Shown in pieces: positions 17,608 through 26,713 of a DNA stretch of 64,000 nt (its first letter is position 1; each line of letters starts with the position of its first letter). The notes beneath the pieces were generated by a model. It had not been told where the DNA came from and ran no database searches. It saw only the letters and a list, made by a program, of their open reading frames with translations. This DNA is from Bacteroidales bacterium (GTDB lineage: Bacteria; Bacteroidota; Bacteroidia; Bacteroidales; UBA932). A program made the position numbers and the translations under genes. The DNA lies in the NCBI GenBank assembly GCA_045617865.1, contig JAZLJK010000044.1, positions 651-64,650 on the forward strand, given 5' to 3'.

Positions 17608-18861
17608 TTAAGAAATAGTAAAGACATTGTCAATAAGGCAGAAATCTAGATCTTCAAATAATTTTTCCTTGTCGATGTGCTGCCCTATGAATACGATCTT
17701 CTGCATCCTGTCGCCCACCTCGTCATCCCAGTCTTTCATGAAGTCGGGATCTTCCTGTGCAATCTTTTCCAGATCCTCCTCAGGAGCCGTTGCGTACCAG
17801 TAACCGACCTCGCTCAGCTTCTTCTGCTGGCCGGCACTTTCAAAGAGATATGACATGTCATTGTCGTCTGCAAACCAGCATACGCCTTTCGAACGGATTA
17901 TGCTGTTGTCCCACTTCCTTGCTATGAAACTGTCGAATTTATTGATGTCGAACGGACGGCGGCGGTAATACACGAACGTGCGGATACCATATTCCTCGGC
18001 CTCACCTTCATCGTGATGGTGGTGATGGTGGTGGTGATGCCCGTGCTCCTCATGCTCTTCATGATCTTCATGATCTTCATGACCGTGGTGATGCCCGTGC
18101 TCCTCTTCCTCATCTTCATCATCGTCGTCATCATCGTGATGGTCCATCTCCTGGATCCACGCCGCTGAAGTGGCCACTTTCGAGAAGTTGAAAAGGTTTG
18201 TGTGCAGAAGTGAGTCAAGGTCCACATCGCAATAGTCGCACTCCACAATCTCCGCCTTCGGCTGGAGGGCGCGGATTATCGCCTTTATATGTTTCAGTTC
18301 TTCAGGATCTACTTCAGAAGCCTTGTTGAGCAATATCTTGTTACAGAACTCAATCTGCTGGATAATCAGGTTCTCGATATCCTCCTCGTCCAGATTCTGC
18401 TTCTGGAGGTTTGAACCGCACGCAAATTCATCTTTCATACGCAGTGCATCCACCACTGTCACAATACAGTCAAGGAACGGTATGCTGACTTTTGTAAACT
18501 CGGGGCTGAGGCTCGGGATAGAGCATATAGTCTGCGCGATGGGAGCCGGCTCGCATATTCCGCTCGCCTCAATCACAATATAGTCAAATGCATCCATTGC
18601 TATGAGGTCGTTTATCTGCTCCACAAGATCCATCTTGAGTGTGCAGCAGATACAGCCGTTCTGCAACGACACGAGGCTGTCGTCCTTCTTGCCTACCACT
18701 CCCCCCTTTGCAATCAGGCTGGCGTCGATATTGACTTCGCCCAGATCATTCACAATAACTGCGAACCTGATGCCCTTGCGGTTGCTCAGGATCGTGTTCA
18801 CCAATGTGGTTTTTCCGCTGCCGAGATATCCGGTCAGCAATAGAATCGGTGTCTCTTTCAT
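17608..18861 (-). CDS. COG0523-family (CobW/ZigA/YeiR-like) GTPase metallochaperone with His/Asp/Glu-rich insert
   Basis: The ATG at 18861 gives MKETPILLLTGYLGSGKTTLVNTIL (P-loop), then the CICC motif (NGCICCTLK). The insert reads HHDDDDDDEDEEEEHGHHHGHEDHEDHEEHEEHGHHHHHHHHH. The upstream 114 codons of the listed ORF look non-coding. Confidence 0.85.
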   Translation of the reverse strand: MKETPILLLTGYLGSGKTTLVNTILSNRKGIRFAVIVNDLGEVNIDASLIAKGGVVGKKDDSLVSLQNGCICCTLKMDLVEQINDLIAMDAFDYIVIEASGICEPAPIAQTICSIPSLSPEFTKVSIPFLDCIVTVVDALRMKDEFACGSNLQKQNLDEEDIENLIIQQIEFCNKILLNKASEVDPEELKHIKAIIRALQPKAEIVECDYCDVDLDSLLHTNLFNFSKVATSAAWIQEMDHHDDDDDDEDEEEEHGHHHGHEDHEDHEEHEEHGHHHHHHHHHDEGEAEEYGIRTFVYYRRRPFDINKFDSFIARKWDNSIIRSKGVCWFADDNDMSYLFESAGQQKKLSEVGYWYATAPEEDLEKIAQEDPDFMKDWDDEVGDRMQKIVFIGQHIDKEKLFEDLDFCLIDNVFTIS

Positions 18862-18992
18862 CTCTCTTTCCGTTAAAAAAATGATTTTGTAAATATAGTC
18901 ATTATCCGCCAATAATAGCCAGGAGTTTTTTTGATGTTCCACAATATTTACCGAATAGCCTGCATTTTCCCGGAACTGCCTCTTTTCCGCTC

Positions 18993-19000
18993 TACTTTTG
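18993..19000 (+). promoter_or_regulatory. candidate Bacteroides-type -7 box (TACTTTTG) for the pilus locus
   Basis: Matches TAnnTTTG, 23 nt upstream of the ATG at 19023. Confidence 0.4.
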
Positions 19001-19022
19001 CATCGGACAAAATGAAAGAGAT

Positions 19023-19598
19023 ATGAAGCGATTGAGAAGAAGTCTGACCGGCATTGCCGCGGCCCTGCTGTTTTGTTGCAGCGCCTCTGCAGCCGACACC
19101 GGCTGGGCAGTATCCACCGACCTTGCGGCGTGGGCCCGGCTCTGCACAATAAATGCAGGAATACACCATGCATCAGGCGCGCACACAAGCGCAGGATGCA
19201 CAATAGAATACAATCCGTTCGAATTCAAAACCGGAGAGTCCGTCCCACTGAGGATGCGCTGCATCACCCCACAACTATTTTTATGCATCTGGCCGGGCTC
19301 TCCTTTCGACGGATTTTATGCAAAGGGCAAGGTTCTCTGGTCTGCCTACAATGCAGCCGGAATCAAGGCAGACTCTTTTCCCGAAGGCACACTGGCGGGA
19401 GCCGGAGTGAGTGCCGGGTACTGCCGCCGGCTTGGAGACCGGTTCGCATTGTCTGCAGACATCGGCACTACAGCATACCATCATAACACCACATACTACG
19501 CAGGGGCACACTGCGGCCGCATTCTGGACCGTAAAAAAGGGTTTGGTCTGTTTCCTCTGGACTGTTCTTTATCAATCATCTGTGTAATTCATCGTTAG
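19023..19598 (+). CDS. DUF3575-like outer-membrane beta-barrel protein (pilus-locus associated)
   Basis: Signal peptide ending SASA. The pattern IEYNPF..., WPGSPFDGFYAKG and GAGVSAGYCRRLGDRFALSADIG resembles DUF3575. It lies at the head of a fimbrial gene set. Confidence 0.55.
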   Translation: MKRLRRSLTGIAAALLFCCSASAADTGWAVSTDLAAWARLCTINAGIHHASGAHTSAGCTIEYNPFEFKTGESVPLRMRCITPQLFLCIWPGSPFDGFYAKGKVLWSAYNAAGIKADSFPEGTLAGAGVSAGYCRRLGDRFALSADIGTTAYHHNTTYYAGAHCGRILDRKKGFGLFPLDCSLSIICVIHR

Positions 19599-19601
19599 AC
19601 C

Positions 19602-20420
19602 ATGTCAAGAGTTCTTCATCTATGCTTGCTATACTTATTCCTGATGTGTTCCTGCATCAGGGAAGACCGCTCTGTGTGCCCCTGCTTTCTTCATGTGGAT
19701 ATGACAGAACTTGACACAGGAGCAATACACAGGATGGACCTGATGCTTTTTGAAGAAGGTGTATTCAGCGGCACGCATACAGCATGGCCAGCTGCGTTCG
19801 GGGAAGAAATCATCATCCCGGTGAGCAGGAATGAGCTTCAGTTCTGTGCCTGGGGAAATCTGGAGAGTTCACAGCTGGACCCTGCACAGCAGACAATACA
19901 TCTGCCCGGCGGACGGGACAGCGTCTGGCTTTTCAGGCAGACAGTACGCACTGACTGCGAAGACGTTTACATAAAAATCGCTCCGGAAAGGCAGTTCAAA
20001 CCAGTGGTCATACTGCTGCGCGGGCAGATATCAGGCATAAGCGGTGTGCACACCATGATAACCGGCATAGACAACACCTTCTCATTCGGAGGAGACGTGC
20101 CGGCGGGCAGTCCCGGGCAGCTTGTGCCGCAGCTTGTCAGATCGCCCGCAGAAGGCAATGATTATTATCAGTTCCAGACACTTATCACAAGGCAGGCCGA
20201 AACGGCGAAGGCCATGCTCAGGCTTGAATTCATCTCTGAAGGAGAACAGCGTACCGGGGAGTACGATGTGGGCAGGCTGCTGCTTGAAGCCGGTGAAGAC
20301 CTTACGAAAAGCGACGGGCGGCCGATTGTGATAGACATTGTACTGGGATCTTCGTCGGCATTCATCTCCATAAGCACTGACGGCTGGGTCAGACATGACA
20401 CTTTTGAAATAACTCTATAA
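19602..20420 (+). CDS. FimB/Mfa2-like pilus anchor lipoprotein
   Basis: Lipobox LFLMCSC followed by EDRSVCPCFLHV, typical of Mfa2-type anchors. The size (~270 aa) and position fit. Confidence 0.55.
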   Translation: MSRVLHLCLLYLFLMCSCIREDRSVCPCFLHVDMTELDTGAIHRMDLMLFEEGVFSGTHTAWPAAFGEEIIIPVSRNELQFCAWGNLESSQLDPAQQTIHLPGGRDSVWLFRQTVRTDCEDVYIKIAPERQFKPVVILLRGQISGISGVHTMITGIDNTFSFGGDVPAGSPGQLVPQLVRSPAEGNDYYQFQTLITRQAETAKAMLRLEFISEGEQRTGEYDVGRLLLEAGEDLTKSDGRPIVIDIVLGSSSAFISISTDGWVRHDTFEITL

Positions 20421-20424
20421 AACC

Positions 20425-21990
20425 ATGAAAATGAAAAAGCTGGTATGTTTCATATTAATTATGGCGGCAATTGCCGCATGTGGACGGAAGGACAACCTTC
20501 CGAATGACAGCGTGACTGTCTTCTTCAGGTTGGACAACACCCTCACAAAAGGACTTGCAGTCGACGCCGACTGCATATCAGACTGCTGTGTGATGGCATA
20601 CGACCGCAACGGCAATCTGGTCACAGGGGAATACTGCCCCGACGGTCCTCTGACCTCGATGTCGCACCAATTTGCAAGAGGAGCGGAATATATTTTCTAT
20701 TATGTATGCAACATCGGTGACATCACTCACAACGCAGAGTTCACCCGCGAGTCGAACCTGGCGTCCTATCAGTACCGAATCAGCGACTATTCGGAAATAG
20801 TCAACGGTGCCGGAGCGGTTCCGATGTCTGGGCACAGCGGGTATATTCCTGTGAGTGACGGCGTTGACGTAGAGATCGGTCTTACAAGGTGCGTGGCACT
20901 CATATCGATTCAGATTGACGACAGCGCCCTGCGGAATGCTTCCATGACAATAAACTCAATGAAAATAAAGAACACGCCGTCGAAGGTTGCTCTTTTTGAG
21001 GATTCCCGGGCCGGTTCTGACGGAGACTGCTTCACTGACGGTGACCGCGCGGACAGCGGCGACATAGTCCTGCTCAACAACGGAGGCGAGGTGAGTTTTT
21101 ACATGTTTGAGAACGACCAGGGGGTGCTCTTGCCCGACAACCATTCAGACAGCACCAAATATTTTGAAGAAGGTAGCGACAACGAAGAGAAGTGCAGCTA
21201 TATTGAATTCTCCGGGGACTATTATTCTGACAGGGGAATGATTCTGAAGGGCGGATTCACCTACAGGTTCTACCTCGGCGGCAACCAGACTTCCGACTTC
21301 AGCGTATGCAGAAACATGCATTATGTGATACGCATCTTTCTGACTGACAACGGCGCTCTCGGCTCGGACTGGAGGATTGATGCAGACATCCGCTCAATAA
21401 TGATCTCGTCATTGAACATATATCCGGAGACATACACGTTCGACGGCACCGGACTCACCACCGATCTCATAGCGTATGTATCCCCGGCGTCCCCAGATCG
21501 GTATGACGTAATCTGGTCAAGCGACAACCCTTCCGTCGCCACTGTCGACAACGACGGGGGCGTCACCAGCGTGGGATATGGCACAGCAACCATCACCGCC
21601 ACACTTGCCGAATTCAGCAGGTTCAGCGCCACCTGCACCATAACAGTCAACGGCAGCACCGACCCTGTCGTGCCGGTCGATCCGCCGGTTGTCAGCCCAG
21701 TCTCCGAAGTGTTCGCAGAAAGTTCCGAGTATTATGTGGCGCTGAATGATACTATTCACGTCAACACATTTCTGAAGAGGGAGGACGGCAGCCTCGAACC
21801 CATATCAAGCCGTTTCTACTACGACATGTCGTCGACAGGTACCGGATTCGCCATCTCACTTGAAGACAATGTCATTCAGGGAGAAGGTCTGGGCGATGTA
21901 AAGATGTATTTCACATACGACGGTCACAGAAGCCCGTCGATCACAGTCCATGTCACAGATCCTAATTCACACACTCATATTTTCAACTAA
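20425..21990 (+). CDS. fimbrial accessory/tip-like lipoprotein (DUF4906-like) with Big_2 Ig-like domain
   Basis: Lipobox AAIAAC. CSYIEFSGDYY..FTYRFYLGGNQTSDFSVCRNMHYVIRI resembles DUF4906. SSDNPSVATVDNDGGVTSVGYGTATITATL is Big_2-like. Confidence 0.6.
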   Translation: MKMKKLVCFILIMAAIAACGRKDNLPNDSVTVFFRLDNTLTKGLAVDADCISDCCVMAYDRNGNLVTGEYCPDGPLTSMSHQFARGAEYIFYYVCNIGDITHNAEFTRESNLASYQYRISDYSEIVNGAGAVPMSGHSGYIPVSDGVDVEIGLTRCVALISIQIDDSALRNASMTINSMKIKNTPSKVALFEDSRAGSDGDCFTDGDRADSGDIVLLNNGGEVSFYMFENDQGVLLPDNHSDSTKYFEEGSDNEEKCSYIEFSGDYYSDRGMILKGGFTYRFYLGGNQTSDFSVCRNMHYVIRIFLTDNGALGSDWRIDADIRSIMISSLNIYPETYTFDGTGLTTDLIAYVSPASPDRYDVIWSSDNPSVATVDNDGGVTSVGYGTATITATLAEFSRFSATCTITVNGSTDPVVPVDPPVVSPVSEVFAESSEYYVALNDTIHVNTFLKREDGSLEPISSRFYYDMSSTGTGFAISLEDNVIQGEGLGDVKMYFTYDGHRSPSITVHVTDPNSHTHIFN

Positions 21991-22009
21991 CAACTAAAAC
22001 CAACAAAAC

Positions 22010-23068
22010 ATGAAAAGAAATCTTATTATGATTGCTCTGGCAGGTGTACTGGCAGTTACATCCTGCAACAAGATGGACAATTCGGCAAATGAAGACCATG
22101 GCGGGAAAGTAAAAGTCAACTTCTCTCTCGGAATGGCCACCAAGGCCACCTCTGGCATCGACGACGACGCCATCAACTCTGTCTATGTATTTGCATTTGA
22201 CGGCAACCGCCTGGACGGGTCGGCAAGCATCACAAATGCGAATTCCGGTGCGATAGAGGTCACCCCCGGCGAGCGTCACTTCATTGCAGTCGTCAACCCC
22301 AACTCCGAGTTCACATTCAACGCAGTATCGACCCCGACCGCAATGCTTGCACTTGTATCTACCCTTTCCAACGAGGGGCTTGCAGATATGGTGATGATTG
22401 GTGAGAGCACAGTGACCATTTCCGATGCCACCACAAACGTTCCGATCAGCGTAAAAAGACTTGTCAGCAAGATCAGCGTAAGCTCGCTTACCTTTGCCCT
22501 CACAGGAGCAAACGAAGGAAAGACAGTCAGTGATGTGGAAGTCTACATCAAGAACTATCCCTCGACCTGCGCATACGACGGCACTCCGGGGACAAGCTAC
22601 ACCACCGGACTCCTGGCCGATAACAAAGACACTTTCGAAGTCTGCGACAGCTATGGCGACATTGTCAGCGGCAGCAATGCTGTCACAGGGCACCAGTTCT
22701 TCTGCTATCCGAGGACCACAGACTCAAAGGTAACTGACGGAAACTGCATCCGACTCTGCGTAAAAGGCACAATCGACGGTCAGGACTACTACTGGTCACT
22801 TCCTGTAAACAACGGAGACACCTGGAAAGCCGATGCATTCGATTCGTCCGACACTGCACACTACGGAGTGGCGCGCAACCATTCATACGACTATGCCATC
22901 ACCATCACAAAGGCAGGTATTCCCGGCGGCACAGGTGACGACGACCCCGAGAATCCCGGTGACGGAGGCGACCCTGCCGACGACCACGACCTTACCACAA
23001 ACGAACTCACTTACACTCTTACAGTATTGCCTTTCGTGGAGGTTGCGAGTCAGACAGTAACTTTCTAA
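22010..23068 (+). CDS. FimA/Mfa1-like type V pilin lipoprotein
   Basis: Lipobox LAVTSC. VKVNFSLGMATKAT.., INSVYVFAFDGN.., HFIAVVNPN.. and VKRLVSKISV are typical of Bacteroidales fimbrillins. Confidence 0.6.
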   Translation: MKRNLIMIALAGVLAVTSCNKMDNSANEDHGGKVKVNFSLGMATKATSGIDDDAINSVYVFAFDGNRLDGSASITNANSGAIEVTPGERHFIAVVNPNSEFTFNAVSTPTAMLALVSTLSNEGLADMVMIGESTVTISDATTNVPISVKRLVSKISVSSLTFALTGANEGKTVSDVEVYIKNYPSTCAYDGTPGTSYTTGLLADNKDTFEVCDSYGDIVSGSNAVTGHQFFCYPRTTDSKVTDGNCIRLCVKGTIDGQDYYWSLPVNNGDTWKADAFDSSDTAHYGVARNHSYDYAITITKAGIPGGTGDDDPENPGDGGDPADDHDLTTNELTYTLTVLPFVEVASQTVTF

Positions 23069-24090
23069 AGAGTAATCTCACCGGCGAGGGAAAGATTCAT
23101 TTTAAGGCAAATTTCAGATTGAGACAAGCCTTCGCCCAGAAGATACATAAGTTTTGTGAGAGCGGCTTCGACTGTGCTGTCGAGGCCGCTTATTACACCT
23201 GCGTCAAGCAGGCCGCGGCCGGTTCTGTATTTTTCCATCTGAACAAAGCCAGTGGCACACTGTGAAATGTTGACTATGACCTTGCCATTGGAGACCGCCT
23301 CGCTCAAAGACTCTTCAAGCCAGCCGTTCCGAGGTGCATTTCCAGAGCCGAATGTTCTGAAAATCACGCCTTTCACTGCATCATTCTTCAGAACTCCGTC
23401 AACGATTTCACGCCCCAGGCCGGGGAAAAGTGACAGAATTATGATTGACGGATCCATCTTGTAGTGCGGATTCAGCCTGCTGTCGGGATTGAAAGGTCTG
23501 ATGTACTCGGGAAAATAGGTGATTTCGGTGCCGGAACGGGCCAGCAGAGGATAGTTGTTGGAAGAGAATGCGGCCAGGTTGCTGGCGCTGATTTTGGTGG
23601 ACCTGCAGCCGCGCATCAGTTCTTCATGGAAATAGATGCACACTTCAGGCACCATGGGATGCCCGTTACTGTCCTTTGCAGCAGCGATCTCAATGGCTGT
23701 GATCATATTCTCCTTCGCGTCTGTGCGGAGCGAATGGATGGGAAGCTGGCTTCCCGTAAGTATCACAGGTTTGTTCAGCCCTTCCAGCATGAAGCAGAGC
23801 GCAGAAGCAGTAAAGGCCATTGTATCAGTACCATGAAGGATTACGAATCCATCATACATATCATAATTGTCTGCGATCACCTTCACAATCTTTCCCCAGA
23901 TTTCCGGATTCATATCGGAAGAGTCGATCGGTGACTCGAACGAGAATGTATCTATTTCAGCGCTGCACTGCTCCATCTCTGGAATATGTTTCACCAGCGA
24001 ATCGAAATCGCAGCTTTCCAGTGCTCCGGTCTCTTTGTTCTGCACCATTCCGATGGTGCCGCCTGTATATATCAGCAGAATTTTGCCCAT
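23065..24090 (-). CDS. ansA: L-asparaginase, type I
   Basis: MGKILLIYTGGTIGM (catalytic TGGTIG) and HGTDTM. The listed start at 24108 is TTG; the ATG at 24090 is preferred. Confidence 0.85.
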   Translation of the reverse strand: MGKILLIYTGGTIGMVQNKETGALESCDFDSLVKHIPEMEQCSAEIDTFSFESPIDSSDMNPEIWGKIVKVIADNYDMYDGFVILHGTDTMAFTASALCFMLEGLNKPVILTGSQLPIHSLRTDAKENMITAIEIAAAKDSNGHPMVPEVCIYFHEELMRGCRSTKISASNLAAFSSNNYPLLARSGTEITYFPEYIRPFNPDSRLNPHYKMDPSIIILSLFPGLGREIVDGVLKNDAVKGVIFRTFGSGNAPRNGWLEESLSEAVSNGKVIVNISQCATGFVQMEKYRTGRGLLDAGVISGLDSTVEAALTKLMYLLGEGLSQSEICLKMNLSLAGEITL

Positions 24091-24135
24091 AATCTGACTT
24101 TTTTCCAAAAAAGTTGAGTGCGAAGTTACAATTTG

Positions 24136-24166
24136 TTTGGTATTTCAAAAAATTGTTATACTTTTG
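24136..24166 (+). promoter_or_regulatory. Bacteroides-type promoter for tRNA-Glu
   Basis: TTTG (24136-24139), a 19-nt spacer, then TACTTTTG (24159-24166). The tRNA starts 22 nt downstream. Confidence 0.6.
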
Positions 24167-24187
24167 CCATCCCAAAACACACTGAAC

Positions 24188-24262
24188 GCTCGATTCGTCT
24201 AACGGTTAGGACAAGAGATTCTCAATCTCTAAATAGGAGTTCGATTCTCCTATCGAGTACCA
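24188..24262 (+). tRNA. tRNA-Glu (anticodon CTC), CCA encoded
   Basis: Hand-folded cloverleaf. Acceptor GCTCGAT/ATCGAGT (G1-U72). D arm GTC..GAC. Anticodon stem AGAGA/TCTCT with loop TTCTCAA. T arm AGGAG-TTCGATT-CTCCT. Discriminator A followed by CCA. Confidence 0.9.
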
Positions 24263-24267
24263 ACAGG

Positions 24268-24296
24268 AGGCTGCCCAATAGTGGCAGCCTTTTTTG
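24268..24296 (+). terminator. rho-independent terminator after tRNA-Glu
   Basis: AGGCTGCC-CAATAGT-GGCAGCCT followed by TTTTTT. Confidence 0.8.
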
Positions 24297-24330
24297 TAAA
24301 GGATTATTTTAGAAATTCATTTCTTCTGCC

Positions 24331-25857
24331 ATGAGCAAAGTTCGCGTAAGATTCGCCCCCAGCCCCACAGGCGCCCTCCATATCGGAGGTGTCCGCACAG
24401 CATTGTACAACTATCTGTTTGCACGTCATTTCGGCGGTGATTTCATCCTCCGTATTGAAGACACCGACAGCCAGAGGTTCGTTCCCGGCGCTGAGGATTA
24501 CATCATAGAATCACTGAAGTGGTGCGGAATCACTGTTGATGAGGGTGTTGGCGTGGGCGGTCCTCATGCCCCCTACCGTCAGAGCGAACGCCGTGACATA
24601 TATCTGAAATATGCCCTTCAGCTTGTTGAAAGCGGCAATGCATACTATGCATTTGACAGTGCCGAAGACCTCAATGCGCTCCGCAGCGAAATGGAGTCGA
24701 AAGGCCAGACCTTCGCCTACAGTGCAGCCACCCGCAAGTCTCTCTGCAACTCCCTCACCCTTCCCGCCGAAGATGTGAAGGCACGCATAGAGCGCGGCGA
24801 CCAGTGGGTTATCCGCTTCCTCATGCCTGAAAACGAAAATGTTGAGATGGATGACATCATCCGCGGACACATCACCATCAACACTTCAACCCTCGACGAC
24901 AAAGTGCTCTACAAGTCTGCAGACGCACTGCCCACATACCATCTGGCAAACATTGTGGACGACCACCTGATGGAAGTCTCACACGTCATCCGCGGCGAGG
25001 AATGGCTTCCTTCACTTCCTCTCCACTATCTGCTCTATAGAGCGTTCGGATGGACAGCCAGCCAGCCTCAGTTCGCACACCTCCCCCTCCTGCTCAAACC
25101 TCAGGGCCAGGGCAAGCTCAGCAAGCGTGACGGCGACAAGTTCGGATTCCCCGTATTCCCCCTGGAATGGAACGGTGCAGACGGAATCACAATGGGCTAT
25201 CGCGAGGAAGGATATCAGCCTCAGGCATTCATCAACATGCTGGCCCTGCTGGGCTGGAATCCAGGCACAGAGCAGGAGATCTTCTCTATGGAAGAGCTCT
25301 GCGAGCAGTTCTCTCTCGAGAAGGTGAGCAAGTCAGGAGCACGTTTCAATGTAGAGAAGGCGAAATGGTTCAACGCACACTATATGCGTACCAGCAGCGA
25401 CGAGTATCTCGCATCGCTGCTCATCCCCCAGCTTGAGAAAGAAGGTCTCAGCACCACTCCGGAGCGCGCAGCGGCAGCTGTTGCAATCATCAAGGAGCGC
25501 GTGACATTCCCCAAGGAGCTCCTCGGACTCACGGAATATATGTTCAAAGCTCCCTCATCATACGATGAAAAGAGCGTAAACAAGTTCTGGAAGGCAGACA
25601 ACCTGCAGTACCTTCACGGTCTGCGCGACATAGTTGCCGGTCTTGACAAGTTTGAGAAAGAGAGCGCCGAAGAGAAAGTCCGCGAGTGGATCACAGCAGG
25701 CGAGCTCCCCATGGGCAAGATCATGAACATGCTCCGCATCGCCATCATGGGCATCGGCCAGGGCCCCGACATCTTTGCAATCTGCGAGTTCATAGGCAAG
25801 GACGAAACCCTCGCCCGCATCGACGCCGCTTTCGCAGCCATCACTCCGGCACAGTAG
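24331..25857 (+). CDS. gltX: glutamate--tRNA ligase
   Basis: RVRFAPSPTGALHIGGVRTALYNYLFA (HIGH motif) and KLSKRDG (KMSKS-like). Confidence 0.95.
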   Translation: MSKVRVRFAPSPTGALHIGGVRTALYNYLFARHFGGDFILRIEDTDSQRFVPGAEDYIIESLKWCGITVDEGVGVGGPHAPYRQSERRDIYLKYALQLVESGNAYYAFDSAEDLNALRSEMESKGQTFAYSAATRKSLCNSLTLPAEDVKARIERGDQWVIRFLMPENENVEMDDIIRGHITINTSTLDDKVLYKSADALPTYHLANIVDDHLMEVSHVIRGEEWLPSLPLHYLLYRAFGWTASQPQFAHLPLLLKPQGQGKLSKRDGDKFGFPVFPLEWNGADGITMGYREEGYQPQAFINMLALLGWNPGTEQEIFSMEELCEQFSLEKVSKSGARFNVEKAKWFNAHYMRTSSDEYLASLLIPQLEKEGLSTTPERAAAAVAIIKERVTFPKELLGLTEYMFKAPSSYDEKSVNKFWKADNLQYLHGLRDIVAGLDKFEKESAEEKVREWITAGELPMGKIMNMLRIAIMGIGQGPDIFAICEFIGKDETLARIDAAFAAITPAQ

Positions 25858-25858
25858 A

Positions 25859-26710
25859 TTAGAGCGAAGCTGCTATGTCTTCGTAGTAGCGCTTGCTGAC
25901 AGGAATCTGGACAAGGCCGGCGATGTCAAGCTCGGCCAGAATCACATTCTCGCGCTCTTTGCGCAGAGCCTTGATATGCTGCGGGTTTATGAAATACGAC
26001 CTGTGGCAGCGCAGGATATTGTTTTCAAGGCACATCTCCTCCACACTCTTCATGGAGCTGCGCAGCTCATACTCCTTGGCCTTGTCACCGTCAAGGTAGT
26101 GGATCACGATGTAGTTCTCATCGGAGCGGATGAACAGCACCATGTCGGTGCTCACCACAAACTTCAGAGTGTGACGAGTATCGTAAAAACGCAGTTTGCT
26201 GTCTGAATTTTCATCTGCAATATCTGTTTTGTCCTTCGCAGAAGAGAGTGAAATTGCAAGATCGATCACAATATAAGGGATGAACAGGATCAGAGCCAGG
26301 AAATAGGTTGACCACACCATCACCTCCAGATATGGGTATCCTGTGTCCATGATAAGCTGCACATACATCGCAACGAAGAATGAAGACACCACCACCTCGA
26401 AGCAGCACCAGGTCCTGTACCATCCCATCGAGCGCATAGCGCCTTTCAGAAGTCCGGTAAAATACACCGTAAGTCTGGACACAATCATCACAAGCAGCAG
26501 GATGCACATGATCATCACTATGTTGAAAGTGAAAGACACCCTGTCTGACGAAAGGATGCTTTCAAGGTCAAAGGGCTTGTAGATTGCAACGAAGCAAAGG
26601 AAGAAGAATGGAATCACAAGAATGTACAGCAACTGCGTTGACAGAAGCTTGAACTTGGCCGAAATTGCTTTGGTCTGGAGGATTCCCTGCATTGTGTTAT
26701 GTGTACTCAT
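25859..26710 (-). CDS. membrane-anchored LytTR-domain DNA-binding protein
   Basis: Four to five N-terminal TM helices. The C-terminus (IVIHYLDGDKAKEYELRSSMKSVEEMCLENNILRCHRSYFINPQHIKAL) matches the LytTR pattern. Confidence 0.8.
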   Translation of the reverse strand: MSTHNTMQGILQTKAISAKFKLLSTQLLYILVIPFFFLCFVAIYKPFDLESILSSDRVSFTFNIVMIMCILLLVMIVSRLTVYFTGLLKGAMRSMGWYRTWCCFEVVVSSFFVAMYVQLIMDTGYPYLEVMVWSTYFLALILFIPYIVIDLAISLSSAKDKTDIADENSDSKLRFYDTRHTLKFVVSTDMVLFIRSDENYIVIHYLDGDKAKEYELRSSMKSVEEMCLENNILRCHRSYFINPQHIKALRKERENVILAELDIAGLVQIPVSKRYYEDIAASL

Positions 26711-26713
26711 AGG

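Noticed and set aside
18880-18910. Possible Zur/Fur-type operator (AATGAT-N13-GTCATT) upstream of the COG0523 gene.
   Set aside because: It is only an imperfect 5/6 inverted repeat in AT-rich DNA, and I cannot match it to a known box by eye. I mention it only as something to scan with proper motif models.
18862-19203. N-terminal 114-codon extension of the COG0523 ORF, and overlapping ORFs 18948-19169 and 18992-19288.
   Set aside because: The extension is Arg/Cys-rich and crosses the divergent promoter region and the start of the DUF3575-like gene. The P-loop protein starts cleanly at the ATG at 18861.
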